DNA of 63,998 nt, counting the filler, from Octopus bimaculoides (Eukaryota): the NCBI RefSeq assembly GCF_001194135.2. It is 5 parts of 4 records of this genome, joined end to end, with 100 filler letters (N's around TTAATTAATTAA, not from the genome) between each part and the next. Parts side by side here need not be neighbours in the genome. Positions count along the whole stretch, not along the records: positions 59,901 to 63,998 come from NC_068988.1; 4 more parts are not named here. One strand, given 5' to 3'. The notes under the pieces are model-generated. The model saw only the letters and a list, made by a program, of their open reading frames with translations, was not told the DNA's origin and made no database searches. The translations under genes were made by a program, and so were the position numbers. Shown here piece by piece: positions 63,967 to 63,998 of the stretch. How positions within the stretch are numbered: position 1 is the first letter of the stretch; each line of letters begins with the position of its first letter.

Positions 63967-63998
<32 letters not shown>

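Overview
Eukaryotic, AT-rich, repeat-dominated genomic DNA, most likely from an octopus. That species call is an inference from the recognisable SINE families, not a database result. The window consists of five contig segments joined by artificial 100-bp spacers (44 N + TTAATTAATTAA + 44 N), plus ordinary N gaps. No intact host gene is recognisable; only a tentative two-exon fragment at about 48.5-48.9 kb is supported. Identifiable content: a decayed mariner; three Ty3/Gypsy remnants, one nearly full length with two LTRs, a tRNA-Trp PBS and a PPT; fragments of RTE, CR1 and R4/Dong LINEs; a Penelope-like (Naiad-type) GIY-YIG fragment; many tRNA-derived SINEs; hAT- and piggyBac-like MITEs; and abundant microsatellites. 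There is no CRISPR array, rRNA or true tRNA gene. The most notable signal is a set of hammerhead ribozyme (HHR) motifs from four distinct sequence families. Two of them lie inside copies of a composite short element (tRNA-like Pol III head + trinucleotide linker + minimal dimer-type HHR + Penelope-style inverted ends). Two others have an intact catalytic core (9744-9793 and 50644-50705). A cluster of fold-back inverted duplications occupies 49.6-51.3 kb. All structures were read by eye; no folding, alignment or database search was run.
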